Shown here one piece after another: positions 38,579 to 48,311 of a stretch of 64,000 nt of DNA (its first letter is position 1; every line of letters starts with the position of its first letter). Origin of the DNA: an uncultured Poribacteria bacterium (GTDB taxonomy: Bacteria; Poribacteria; WGA-4E; WGA-3G); assembly GCA_958296135.2 (NCBI GenBank), contig CATQHZ020000001.1, positions 3,488,001 through 3,552,000 on the forward strand, read 5' to 3'. Both the position numbers and the translations under genes were made by a program. A model generated the notes under the pieces. That model saw nothing but the letters and a program-made list of their open reading frames with translations, was not told the DNA's origin and made no database searches.

Positions 38579-39427
38579 ATGAAACTTGCTTTCTTTAACG
38601 ACTATCAACTCGGTGTGATAACGGAAGGAGGCATTGTTGACATCAGCAATGCACTCAGTGGAATCTCGTATCATACCCCGCAAGAATTGATGAAAATGGT
38701 CATCGAAGATTTCGATAACCTGCAGCCAACGATTGAGGATGCGGCCGCAAGCGGCGAGGCAACCGCTCTTGAAAGCGTCCGGCTTAAGCCGCCGCTGCCG
38801 CGTCCGGGACAACTCGTCTGTTTGGCGGGCAATTACATTGAACCCGATAGCCCATCGCGCGGCGATTTCAACGCCTTCCTCAAATCACCGACCGGCATCA
38901 TCGCCACCAACGAGACAGTCCAACTGCCAAAGGCAGATGTCACCGTGTTTCACTTCGAGCCGGAACTCGCAATTGTCATCGGCAAAACGGCGAAGCACCT
39001 CTCCGAAGCAAACGCGCTGGAACACGTGTTCGGTTACACGCAGTTTATTGACGTGTCAGCACGCGGATTGCCGGGCGGCTTCTTTTTAGGGAAGAGTTGG
39101 CACACGTTCGCGCCAATGGGCCCCGCGCTCGTCACCGCTGACGAAGTTGACGATGGAAACGCCCTCAGCGTGAAACTCTGGATTAACGATGCCCTGCAAC
39201 ACGATTTCTCTACGAACTCCATGGCACGCTTCATACCCGAATTGCTGGCGGAGGTTACCAACGTCCTCACGCTAGAACCGGGGGATGTCGTGTCAACAGG
39301 AACGCATCACGAAGCACTCACCGCCATCGGCGACAGCGATACGGTGAAGTTGTCAATAGAAGGCTTCGGACCGGAACTCGCAGTTGTCGTTCGCGACCCG
39401 CTCAAACGGACGGCGTGGCGCGGCTAA
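38579..39427 (+). CDS. Fumarylacetoacetate hydrolase family protein
   Basis: 'CLAGNY', 'FLKS', 'HFEPELAIVIGK', 'DVSAR', 'GKSW' and 'LEPGDVVSTGT'; RBS AGGAGG. Confidence 0.9.
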   Translation: MKLAFFNDYQLGVITEGGIVDISNALSGISYHTPQELMKMVIEDFDNLQPTIEDAAASGEATALESVRLKPPLPRPGQLVCLAGNYIEPDSPSRGDFNAFLKSPTGIIATNETVQLPKADVTVFHFEPELAIVIGKTAKHLSEANALEHVFGYTQFIDVSARGLPGGFFLGKSWHTFAPMGPALVTADEVDDGNALSVKLWINDALQHDFSTNSMARFIPELLAEVTNVLTLEPGDVVSTGTHHEALTAIGDSDTVKLSIEGFGPELAVVVRDPLKRTAWRG

Positions 39428-39435
39428 GAAAAAAC

Positions 39436-39465
39436 TTGACAACAGCACCGATTTTTGTATATAAT
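39436..39465 (+). promoter_or_regulatory. sigma70 promoter
   Basis: TTGACA-18 nt-TATAAT. Confidence 0.6.
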
Positions 39466-39500
39466 AACAGAATGGACGCAAATGCCGGAATTTTCCACCG

Positions 39501-39527
39501 GTAGGCGCGGTTTGAAACCGCGCCTAC
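39501..39527. repeat. Third-class REP palindrome
   Basis: GTAGGCGCGGTTT-G-AAACCGCGCCTAC, with related copies near 14143, 40597 and 44585. Confidence 0.65.
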
Positions 39528-39654
39528 GGCGTTCAATTCGTAAGTCTTAAATAATTTGAAACGCTTTGTCTCTCGCAACGCGTTTGGCGAGTGTTTCTTG
39601 TGGTGTGTCGTTTGACGGACCAGTTTGTTTCTTGACAATAAGGAGAATTCATCG

Positions 39655-40581
39655 ATGAAAAAACCCAGAAATATCGTCGCTCTCGCACTCTTCGCGGCTT
39701 TCTGCGCGTGGATAGCCGGATGCGGCGGCTGTAATCCGGAACCTATGCCGACAGGGATGAATCCCACGCAGGGACCCGAGACAGGCGGCACAACCGTCCG
39801 GATTACCGGCGAAAAATTTGATATGAAAAACGGCGTGAGCGTCACATTCGGCGGGAAAGCCGCCCAAAGCGTGACAGTACCGAGCAAGATGGAAATCACC
39901 GCCGTAACACCCCCTGGCATGGCAGGACAATCTGTCGCCATTGTCGTCACGAATAAAGGGAAACCTGAGGTGCCAGCCACGGTGCCGCAGCAGTTCACCT
40001 ACACCGATGCAACACCACCGACGGTGACAATGACAGACCCGGGGGATGGCACCATGTTCTCTGACTACGAAGACTCGCTGAATGTGCGGAATAGCCTCAC
40101 GGTTACGTTCAGCGAACCGGTTAGCAGCGATAGCGTCTCGGTTAGCGTGGCTGTTGCCAAAACGACGGACTCCATGAGCGAACCGATGGAGGCGATGCTA
40201 CCCGGCACGGTGAGCGGCAGCGGTGACACCGTAACGTTCACCTCCGATATGCCGATGCGCGCCGGGCGCATGTATACCGTCACTGTCTCTGGTGCTACCG
40301 ACATGGCGGGCAATGCTCTTGCAAACTCGCATAGCTTCAGTTTTAGCGTGACGAGCCCAGAGGTAATCTATAAGTATTACGTGCAGGAAGAAGATATGCG
40401 GGACGGCAACGGCGAACCTGCGCTCAAACGCATCGCCGCGCGCCCTGAGATTTTCGACAATGCTGAAAAGTGGGAACGGTTGGTAACCGCAAATCAGGAC
40501 TATTACGTCCTCGATCGGACGAGACTGAGCGTTGGGCAATTGCTGCTCATTCCACGTGGTTCCGCCTGGGGTGATAAATAG
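39655..40581 (+). CDS. Lipoprotein with IPT/TIG, Ig-like (Big_5/SbsA) and C-terminal LysM-like domains
   Basis: Lipobox IAGC. 'PTQGPETGGTTVRITG' (IPT), 'VTFSEPV...DMAGNAL' (Ig) and 'YYVQ...IA...WERLVTAN...LSVGQLLLIP' (LysM-like). Confidence 0.8.
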   Translation: MKKPRNIVALALFAAFCAWIAGCGGCNPEPMPTGMNPTQGPETGGTTVRITGEKFDMKNGVSVTFGGKAAQSVTVPSKMEITAVTPPGMAGQSVAIVVTNKGKPEVPATVPQQFTYTDATPPTVTMTDPGDGTMFSDYEDSLNVRNSLTVTFSEPVSSDSVSVSVAVAKTTDSMSEPMEAMLPGTVSGSGDTVTFTSDMPMRAGRMYTVTVSGATDMAGNALANSHSFSFSVTSPEVIYKYYVQEEDMRDGNGEPALKRIAARPEIFDNAEKWERLVTANQDYYVLDRTRLSVGQLLLIPRGSAWGDK

Positions 40582-40818
40582 CAGGGCCCCTATCCGGTAG
40601 GCGCGCTTTGTCCTATACCTCTGTCGTTTGGGCGCGCCTGCAAATCCAATGAATAAAGAGATGATTTCCGTAGGAGGGCCCCCTGGTCCCGATACCGCTG
40701 AATAAACGGATAATTTCCGTAGGAGGGCCCTCTAATTGGGCGAAGCTTGATTTTGAAGCGACGAAAATCATGACGCTGACGGTGTAAAGGGCCGTATGCG
40801 ACACGTTTGGAGGTTTTT

Positions 40819-41400
40819 ATGCTGGTGATACGAATCGTGCTGATTGCTTTCTTTGCGGTGGCATGCTTGGGTATTGAGAAGTGCGATCTCTCCTTGCTGC
40901 CGCCGGTGGAGGTGCAAGAGGCACCGGTGTATGTGCCGTTGGCAGAAGAGCAATTGTTGACGGTAGAGGAGCTCCGCGACTGGGTACTCTTCGCCGCTCT
41001 GACGGATTCAGACGGGTTGCCGCCGTTTCTCCATGACCGGGGTTTCCGTATCGGTTATGGGCCGACGGTCCCGGACTATGAGGGATCCGGTGTGACGCTC
41101 CATTCCTTTTATGTAGAGCCTTCGGAGGGGCGCGTTATGGATTACTGGCTCTGTCATCGAGCGGTGGAGTCGCCAGTGACACGTGTGGAGTTGAGGGCGA
41201 ATCTGATGCGTGTCATCCTATTGACACCGCCGGCGGTTCAATCTGATGTGGAGGGTTTTGAGGACCGGGTGGTCGCCACTTATGAGCTCGTTGAGGGAGA
41301 TTTCACGATGTTTGCTTTGGAACGGGTGGACGTTATTGCACCGTTGGAACTTTCGGACCCCGAAGTTGATGGAAATGTCCTCTACTTTGAGGTAGAGTGA
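40819..41400 (+). CDS. Hypothetical exported protein
   Basis: RBS GGAGG and an N-terminal hydrophobic stretch with Cys; no recognised domain. Confidence 0.55.
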   Translation: MLVIRIVLIAFFAVACLGIEKCDLSLLPPVEVQEAPVYVPLAEEQLLTVEELRDWVLFAALTDSDGLPPFLHDRGFRIGYGPTVPDYEGSGVTLHSFYVEPSEGRVMDYWLCHRAVESPVTRVELRANLMRVILLTPPAVQSDVEGFEDRVVATYELVEGDFTMFALERVDVIAPLELSDPEVDGNVLYFEVE

Positions 41401-41808
41401 CGTTGGATGTGTGAAATGGCGGTGTCCTGGCGAAATATCCCACTTCAGCATTTGCACGGTGGGCAGGTTTTCCGTTTGGCCCTGAAGCCTTACCTCATTG
41501 ACCGGGGTACCGCCATTCCCACGGTGGCTGTGCAGCCGACAGGCAACTGGTTGTTGATTGATTCTACCGGCGACAAGATCGATACACATCGAGACAGGGA
41601 GGACTCTCCTACCGGGCGTTTGGCGCGGCGAAATTACTGCGACTTCAGACGAGTCTGCACAGATCAATTTCGGTCGGCGGGCCATCCCTGTTCCGATACC
41701 GCATGCATCAAGACCGGGAGGGCTCTCCTACCGGTTTGGTATCACCAGAAGAACGAAGAAGCCGTGTAGCCACTACACGGCTTTCTTCATGAAAGGAACA
41801 CGAAAACG

Positions 41809-43548
41809 ATGTTTGGCACGCAAACCCATCCTGACAAACGCCTCGCCGAATACCGAAGTAATTTGATAGGCATCCAGCACCTACACCGATTAACACCCAG
41901 GCACCCACTGCCGAATCGACCGGTTACGGTGCATGTCACAACATCTGGCGGGCTCCCTTTTGATACTCTCCGATGTTGGATAAATGCAAACGGAACCGAG
42001 ACAGCGTTTGACCTTGCTCCTCCTTGCAAGCATGCTGAGTGGCATACGCTTGAATGGCGGTACGTGCGTCATTGGAGCGGCCAGATGCCGCCGCAACCAA
42101 ACGGCACAATTCTCAACTATCACATCGGCGGCCGCGTCGCTGGTTCGGATACATGGATTTTCGCGGATAACCAAGCGCGCACGAAAGCCACCGCAACCGA
42201 ATTTTCCATCCCAATTGACGCATACGAAATGCCCGAATGGGCACGCGCCGCCGTTATCTACCACATCTTCCTCGACCGGTTTTATCCAGGCACCGGGGTA
42301 CCGTGGAAGAAACCGACGAACCTCTCCGGGTTTTTCGGTGGCACGTTACGCGGCGCGATTCAGAAACTGGACTACATTCAATCGCTTGGATGCAACGCGC
42401 TGTGGCTCTCACCGCTCTTCGCAAGTCCATCGCACCACGGCTACGACGCAACAGATTACGACACGGTGGAACCGCGGCTCGGCACGAATGCGGAACTCCA
42501 CGAATTGATTGACGAGGCACATCGCCGCGAGATGCGCATCATTATGGATTTCGTCGCCAATCACTGGTCCAACGAGCATCCGACGTTCCAAGAAGCACAG
42601 CGGAACACGGACAGCGAGTATCGGGAGTGGTATACATGGCAGCGATGGCCGGACGAATACGCGAGTTTTTTCGGTGTGAAGGGGATGCCGCAGCTGAATC
42701 TGAAGCACAAACCGGCGCGCGACGCTTTGCTGGCGTGCGCACAGCGATGGTTACGCGCGGGTATTGATGGATATCGGCTGGATTATGCCCCCGGCCCGCC
42801 GCATACGTTCTGGGCAGAATTCCGCCACGCGTGCAAATCGGTGAATCCTAACGCTTTTCTGTTCGGAGAGGTGGTGAGTCATTCGGAAGTAGTCGCATCG
42901 TATCTGCCGCATTTTGACGGGTGTCTCGATTTTCTGCTGGCAGACGCACTGCGGAAAACGTTCGCGCTGGAAACGTGGACACTGGGAGAGTTTGAGGCGT
43001 TCCTCGCCGCACACGAGCACTACTTTCCAGAGGGATTCGCGCTCCCAGCGTTTTTGGACAATCACGACATGACGCGCATCCTCTACTTAGCAAAGGAAGA
43101 CAAGGCGAAGGTAAAGTTGGCGGCTTTAGTGCTTTTCACACTCCCCGGCGCACCTATCCTTTACAACGGAACGGAGGTAGGGCTCTCACAGCGGAACCCA
43201 CTCGGCCGTTTTGAGGAGGCGCGATTGCCGACTCCATGGGGCGAAGAACAAGATAAAAATCTGTTGGCTTATTTCCAACGCTTGGGAGAATTGCGCAATC
43301 AGTTTCCAGAACTGGCCTCCAATAAAAGGGAGGTTGTTCACCTCAACATAGGCACCGGCACCTATGCTTACCGCCGCGGGCAGGTGTTGGTTGCGCTCAA
43401 CACGAGTCGCGTTCCTCGCACACTGAATGTGACAGCTCCAAACCTTTCCGATGCTGCTCAAGAACTTCTGAATAGGCATCCGGTGGAAGTGAGCGGAGAT
43501 GTTGTGCGAATTTCGCTCCCAGCACAGAGTAGTGCCTTTATTGCCTAG
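41809..43548 (+). CDS. GH13 alpha-amylase family (cyclomaltodextrinase/neopullulanase-like)
   Basis: 'DFVANH', 'DGYRLD', 'FGEV' and 'FLDNHD'. Confidence 0.92.
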   Translation: MFGTQTHPDKRLAEYRSNLIGIQHLHRLTPRHPLPNRPVTVHVTTSGGLPFDTLRCWINANGTETAFDLAPPCKHAEWHTLEWRYVRHWSGQMPPQPNGTILNYHIGGRVAGSDTWIFADNQARTKATATEFSIPIDAYEMPEWARAAVIYHIFLDRFYPGTGVPWKKPTNLSGFFGGTLRGAIQKLDYIQSLGCNALWLSPLFASPSHHGYDATDYDTVEPRLGTNAELHELIDEAHRREMRIIMDFVANHWSNEHPTFQEAQRNTDSEYREWYTWQRWPDEYASFFGVKGMPQLNLKHKPARDALLACAQRWLRAGIDGYRLDYAPGPPHTFWAEFRHACKSVNPNAFLFGEVVSHSEVVASYLPHFDGCLDFLLADALRKTFALETWTLGEFEAFLAAHEHYFPEGFALPAFLDNHDMTRILYLAKEDKAKVKLAALVLFTLPGAPILYNGTEVGLSQRNPLGRFEEARLPTPWGEEQDKNLLAYFQRLGELRNQFPELASNKREVVHLNIGTGTYAYRRGQVLVALNTSRVPRTLNVTAPNLSDAAQELLNRHPVEVSGDVVRISLPAQSSAFIA

Positions 43549-43562
43549 CAAACGACAGACAA

Positions 43563-43600
43563 AAGCACTGTGCAACTAAGCGCGTCGTTACACAGTGCTT
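43563..43600. terminator. Hairpin between convergent genes
   Basis: AAGCACTGTG...CACAGTGCTT. Confidence 0.55.
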
Positions 43601-43641
43601 CTGGTTATCAACACCTGCAATAAAGGTGTCAAGTTTATAGA

Positions 43642-44547
43642 CTAGTTCCCACCCTCTGGAGGGGGCGGATCAGCTGGCGGATCAGCTGGAGGGGGCGTAT
43701 CAGCATCCTCGTCTGCCATGTCATCGGCACCGCCGGTCATGTCATCGGCACCGTCACCAGTCATATCACCGGCACCGTCGCCAGTCATGTCATCGGCACC
43801 GTCACCAGTCATATCATCGGCACCGTCGCCAGTCATGTCATCGGCACCGTCGCCAGTCATATCACCATCCATGCCGTCAGTATCACCGTCTGTCATGTCA
43901 TCGGCACCGTCGCCGGTCATGTCATCGGCACCGTCTGTCATGTCACCGGTCTCGCCATCTGTCATCTCCTCCATCATTTCGGCGGGGAGTTTGACAAAGA
44001 CGCTGTCGGTTTCGGCTTTGGCGTGACATCCGTGGCAGCCCTCGCTACTTCCGCCAGGGATATCCCCGGCTTGCGGCATGAGTTCAGCATCCGCGGTCTC
44101 GCGGTGATATTGGACGTACTGCCACCCGTTGTGGGCTGCATACATTTCGTCGTCTGTCTTCATCATCATCGCGAGACGTAGAACGAAGGCGTTGGTGTCA
44201 TCCATGATTTCCTTGGCAATCGCTGTCCCAACGGGGAAGGTTGCCATCGTCGCGTCTTTCAATGCGGTAACCCCGGCTTCGTTGATATAAACCGTCCGGG
44301 TGCCCATGCCGTGCGCGGCACCTGTTTCAGCAGGACTCATAGCGTCTTCAATAGCACTAGGCGCGGGAAGTGCGACGCTGGTCCAGGACGCGTACTCAGC
44401 CCCTGAGGCCATCATGGCTGTCATGTCGGCTGGCATCGTCTCTTCGCTGGGCTCTGCCGGTGGCAGCATTTGCTGTGTCCGCTCGCAGGAAACGAAGGCG
44501 ACACAACAGATGAGCACAGCAATCAAAGCAAATTGAAATTTCAGCAT
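43642..44547 (-). CDS. Cytochrome P460-like c-type heme lipoprotein with an acidic repeat tail
   Basis: Lipobox VSC. 'VYINEAG', 'FPVGTAIAKE', 'GWQY' and 'CHGCH...DSVF'. Confidence 0.75.
   Translation of the reverse strand: MLKFQFALIAVLICCVAFVSCERTQQMLPPAEPSEETMPADMTAMMASGAEYASWTSVALPAPSAIEDAMSPAETGAAHGMGTRTVYINEAGVTALKDATMATFPVGTAIAKEIMDDTNAFVLRLAMMMKTDDEMYAAHNGWQYVQYHRETADAELMPQAGDIPGGSSEGCHGCHAKAETDSVFVKLPAEMMEEMTDGETGDMTDGADDMTGDGADDMTDGDTDGMDGDMTGDGADDMTGDGADDMTGDGADDMTGDGAGDMTGDGADDMTGGADDMADEDADTPPPADPPADPPPPEGGN
43716..43960 (-). repeat. Coding tandem repeat, ~24-bp unit (DMTGDGAD)
   Basis: About 9-10 imperfect units visible in both DNA and protein. Confidence 0.9.
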
Positions 44548-44757
44548 TCTGAATGCTCCTTATCTTAAGGCCTTACGCAGCACGCGGCGACAAACTGCAC
44601 CTACCGGCACCGCGGAAGGCCTGTTCTATTTGAAATAAAAGTGACCAGAAGTTGCTAGGCAAAGCACCTATCAATCTTTCTGGTTGATTTCTTCACAACT
44701 TCATTAAACATGATACCATATTTGCAGTTAATTTGCAATAAAAAAAGATTTTTCCGC

Positions 44758-46347
44758 TCATTTTTCATCAATTTGTAAGATTTCTGAACGGATTTTTAGG
44801 ATCTCTCGGTTTTCTGGGGCTTGCGCAGCCGCCGCTTTAATTTCACGCCGTGCATCGGCGACACGGTTGAGCCGGTAATAGACGCGCGCGAGCGTGGCAC
44901 GGTGGACAGGCAGCCCATCTCGCGCAACAGCTGCTTCGGCAAGACTGAGTGCCTCGTCAAGGTTTCTGTTCTCCGCCGCGAGCATCGCGGCGAGGGCATC
45001 CTTCGGAAACGAGACATCCGGCGCGAGATGAATTGCACGGCGGAAGTCGCTTTCTGCACCTGCGGAATCCCCGCGCTTCCAGCGAATTTGTCCGCGCCAC
45101 CAATACCCCGGTGCCCACGTCGGTGCATGGCGGATACCCATCGTGAAGGCATCTTCAGCACCTTTCAAGTCCTCCGATGCTTCGCGGAGGTGTGCAAGCT
45201 GAGCGTAGGTATCCATGAAATCCGGCTCATGATGGATAAGCGCGAGGAAGTGCGACACCGCAACGGCGCGGTTCCCCAATTTCGCCTCTATCCTACCGAG
45301 GTGCAGCAGTGCCTGAGGCGAAGAAGGCTCTATCGTGAGAACGCGGCGATAGTTCTGCTTGGCTTCCGCCAACTTTCCGAGTTGCATCTGAACGTAGGCG
45401 TAATCTTTCAGCGCAGGCATAAATGTAGCATCCGCCTCCACTGCCTTATGAAGCAGTTCCAGCGCGTGCCGCGCCTGTTCTCCCTCAAGCAGTCGATGCG
45501 CTTGACGAAGGTAGCCTTCTGCGAGCGTGCGACGGTACCGCGCAAGCGCAGTTTCAGCACCAGTATTGTCACCGAGCTGGAAGAGAACATCCGCGAGCGC
45601 CTTGTGAAATCCGGGATTGCCCGGTGTGTGCAGGGTAGCGCGCTGATAAAAATCGCGGGCGACTGCAAACTGCCCGCGCTTTGCGGCGACTTCGCCTCGG
45701 CCAAAGGCCGCACTTGCAAGCGTGCCATCTTGCGTGAGGGCCTCCCGAAAAACGGCATCCGCCTCGTCAAGACGGTTAAGTTTAAGCAGGACATACCCAA
45801 GGTTGTTATAGGCGGCAGTTGCACTCGGTTCCAACTGCACAGCGACGAGATAGTATCGGCGTGCCTGTTCCAGATTGCCGCGCTCGGTTTCAATCTGTCC
45901 CAAGGCAATATACCATGCCACCGGCGCGCTTTCCCCCGCATTTTTAACCGCTTTTTGGAACCACGCGTCTGCCTTCTCCAACTGTTTATTACGATGATAC
46001 GCGGTGGCAAGTTTCGCCTGCAGATTCGCCTCAAGTGTCAAGCGTTCCGCTTGCGGCAGCGTGGAAAGCAGCTCCAAGGTGCGCTGAAAGGCGGCAATCG
46101 CGCGCGGATACTCTTGCAATTTCACGGCGGCATCGCCCACCCCGAGGTGCGCGGGGATAAACGCCGGCGCGCCCTTGGCAAGAGCGTCATACAACACAAG
46201 TGCCTCAGCCCATTGCTCTGCTTGGAATGCGCGCTGAGCATCCGCCAATTGCCGATGCGGCGCATCTGCAGACGCAAAAAGGAGCCCCAAGGCGAAAAGC
46301 AGCAAACACGCTCGTGTGAGATGCAACAAGTTAGTCATCGTCTTCAT
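44758..46347 (-). CDS. Tetratricopeptide repeat protein
   Basis: Signal peptide followed by continuous TPRs such as 'AYNNLGYVLLKLNRLDEA'. Confidence 0.85.
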   Translation of the reverse strand: MKTMTNLLHLTRACLLLFALGLLFASADAPHRQLADAQRAFQAEQWAEALVLYDALAKGAPAFIPAHLGVGDAAVKLQEYPRAIAAFQRTLELLSTLPQAERLTLEANLQAKLATAYHRNKQLEKADAWFQKAVKNAGESAPVAWYIALGQIETERGNLEQARRYYLVAVQLEPSATAAYNNLGYVLLKLNRLDEADAVFREALTQDGTLASAAFGRGEVAAKRGQFAVARDFYQRATLHTPGNPGFHKALADVLFQLGDNTGAETALARYRRTLAEGYLRQAHRLLEGEQARHALELLHKAVEADATFMPALKDYAYVQMQLGKLAEAKQNYRRVLTIEPSSPQALLHLGRIEAKLGNRAVAVSHFLALIHHEPDFMDTYAQLAHLREASEDLKGAEDAFTMGIRHAPTWAPGYWWRGQIRWKRGDSAGAESDFRRAIHLAPDVSFPKDALAAMLAAENRNLDEALSLAEAAVARDGLPVHRATLARVYYRLNRVADARREIKAAAAQAPENREILKIRSEILQIDEK

Positions 46348-47074
46348 CGTCCGAGGGCGCGTTCAGATTCGCCCCTGCCAATTCGGCATCTAAAATGTGC
46401 CAATTGCCCTCATCTTTCTGTTTGGCAAGCCACGCACCAAAATTGTCCTTCGCCTTTTGCTGGCGGAACCGTGCCAGAAGCTCTTCCTCTACGTCAGCAT
46501 ATTCTTTTCGGTTGCCATCAGCATCCTTAAATTCATCCGGATGCTTCTCAAAATATCCAAGGGCGAATTCCTCAATTTCAGCGGTGTTCACGGTGCCGAC
46601 AAATTTGCGGCGAAAGAAGGCATCGTCAATAAGGCGCGCATACACCCATGCCTCCACAGCGACGATTTCTAACCCGTTTTCCTGCAAAACTCGGTAGAAT
46701 GCTGCTCGGGACGAGAATTTTGCAGAGATAGCCGCCATCTGAGCCGCAACCTGCTCGCTGTAATTGCCGTATGGAGTGGACATGGTGCCGAGTTTCCCCG
46801 CGCCGCTGTCATCTTGTTTGACAACGCCGATGCGCACCGCTTCCAGAAACGCAAATTTCCGAGCGATGAGAATATCCAAGCCCGCGCGTTTGTCGAAGAC
46901 AGTTGGTTCCGGCGGATAGGGTATCCCCATAACAGCGGCGACGCGGAACTCGTTTTCTAGTTCAATTTGCGTGATGGCGTGTCCCTCCACAACGGCAATT
47001 ACCGCATCGATCCGCGTTTGCGCGTGCGCATTCCCGATAAACAGCAAAAGGAAAAAGGCAAGATAGCGTCTCAT
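46331..47074 (-). CDS. SurA N-terminal domain-like exported protein
   Basis: 'IDAVIAVVEGHAITQIEL' and C-terminal 'Y-DVEEEL...W---K'; no PPIase domain seen. Confidence 0.6.
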   Translation of the reverse strand: MRRYLAFFLLLFIGNAHAQTRIDAVIAVVEGHAITQIELENEFRVAAVMGIPYPPEPTVFDKRAGLDILIARKFAFLEAVRIGVVKQDDSGAGKLGTMSTPYGNYSEQVAAQMAAISAKFSSRAAFYRVLQENGLEIVAVEAWVYARLIDDAFFRRKFVGTVNTAEIEEFALGYFEKHPDEFKDADGNRKEYADVEEELLARFRQQKAKDNFGAWLAKQKDEGNWHILDAELAGANLNAPSDDEDDD

Positions 47075-47078
47075 GTTT

Positions 47079-48248
47079 TTAGCGTGGATGCCGCGGTGTC
47101 AGCCACGCCTCCTCAATTTTCAGCCCGAAGCCGGGGCCGTCGTTCGGCGAGATATAACTTGCCTCTGGAAAAGATTCACCCTCAAACACCCGGGTCTCCT
47201 CCAACGGCACGCCGGGTGGGGTACCGAGGTAGTATTCCACCCATGGGGTATTCGGCATAGCGGCAGAGAGATGCAGCCCCGACTGCCGTAACCCACCGCC
47301 GTGAAAAATGACGGTAAGTCCCGCCGCATCCGCCATGTGACAGATTTTGACACATTCGGTTATGCCCCCTACCCAAAATGTGTCGGGCTGAAGAATATCC
47401 AAGCATCGCTTCTCAATAATCTGCTGAAACGGGAAGCGTGTGTAGTGGTGCTCCCCACTTGCCAACGATACCCAATCAACAGCCGCTCTCACCTGGGCAA
47501 GCCCATCAATATCCTCTGGAATGAGGAACTCCTCAATCCACTTGAGGCGATAGGGACGAAGGCATCGTGCCAAGCGGATAGTGTAATCCACATCAAACGC
47601 CATGTAGCAATCCAGCATAATTTCAACATCGTCACCTACTGTCTCCCGGGTCTTCGCTACCAACTTCTCGTTCTCTTTCAGTCCCCATGCGCCATCCGCA
47701 GGGCCGTAGGGGCACGCCAATTTCACCGCTTTGAATCCCAACTCCAGCTGCCAGTCTGTATCGTTGCCGGTGGCGTAGGCGAAGAGTTTTTCGCGCAACG
47801 GGCCGCCCAGCAGTTCGTAAACCGGCTGGTGCTTGAGTTTGCCGTTCAGATCCCACAGCGCGATGTCAATGCCGCTCATCGCACAACTGGTGAGGCCCTG
47901 AGAACCGTAGGGTTTCGACATGCGGAACATCATGTCCCAGATCTTCTCGACAGCAAAGCAGTTCTCGCCTATCAGCATCGGCGCGAAATGTTCATCAATA
48001 ATCGCAGCGACAGGAGTGCCGAAGGAGGACTCGCCGAGGCCCCAGGTACCGTCTTCTGCCGTGACTTTCACGTAGACAGTGTCCCACTTCGGCATCCAAC
48101 TAGAACGGTGCCGCTTATATTTTGGGTAGCGCGACATCGGGTTCGCGACTTCGGCGTGCACGTTCCACGGTTCGCGCCGTGGGGGTGTGCGCTGTCCCTC
48201 GCGCGGAGGAACGTTAATTCGGACTGTTTGAATGTCTTTGATTTTCAT
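47079..48248 (-). CDS. L-rhamnonate dehydratase-like enolase superfamily protein
   Basis: 'VANPMSRYP', 'SGIDIALWDL', 'KLACPYGP', 'MLDCYMA', 'WIEE', 'GEH' and 'QPD'. Confidence 0.85.
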   Translation of the reverse strand: MKIKDIQTVRINVPPREGQRTPPRREPWNVHAEVANPMSRYPKYKRHRSSWMPKWDTVYVKVTAEDGTWGLGESSFGTPVAAIIDEHFAPMLIGENCFAVEKIWDMMFRMSKPYGSQGLTSCAMSGIDIALWDLNGKLKHQPVYELLGGPLREKLFAYATGNDTDWQLELGFKAVKLACPYGPADGAWGLKENEKLVAKTRETVGDDVEIMLDCYMAFDVDYTIRLARCLRPYRLKWIEEFLIPEDIDGLAQVRAAVDWVSLASGEHHYTRFPFQQIIEKRCLDILQPDTFWVGGITECVKICHMADAAGLTVIFHGGGLRQSGLHLSAAMPNTPWVEYYLGTPPGVPLEETRVFEGESFPEASYISPNDGPGFGLKIEEAWLTPRHPR

Positions 48249-48311
48249 GTTTGTCTTCCTGCTTTGTGAGAATACGGCACCGCTTGTGCCGGCACTATCT
48301 TTTTTTGCGGA

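Noticed and set aside
41407-41769. 120-aa ORF after the hypothetical exported protein
   Set aside because: It runs through two REP copies and has no RBS or recognisable motif.
44821-46530. 569-aa plus-strand ORF
   Set aside because: Antisense shadow of the TPR gene, expected from codon bias at high GC.
47301-48269. 322-aa plus-strand ORF
   Set aside because: Antisense to the well-supported dehydratase gene.
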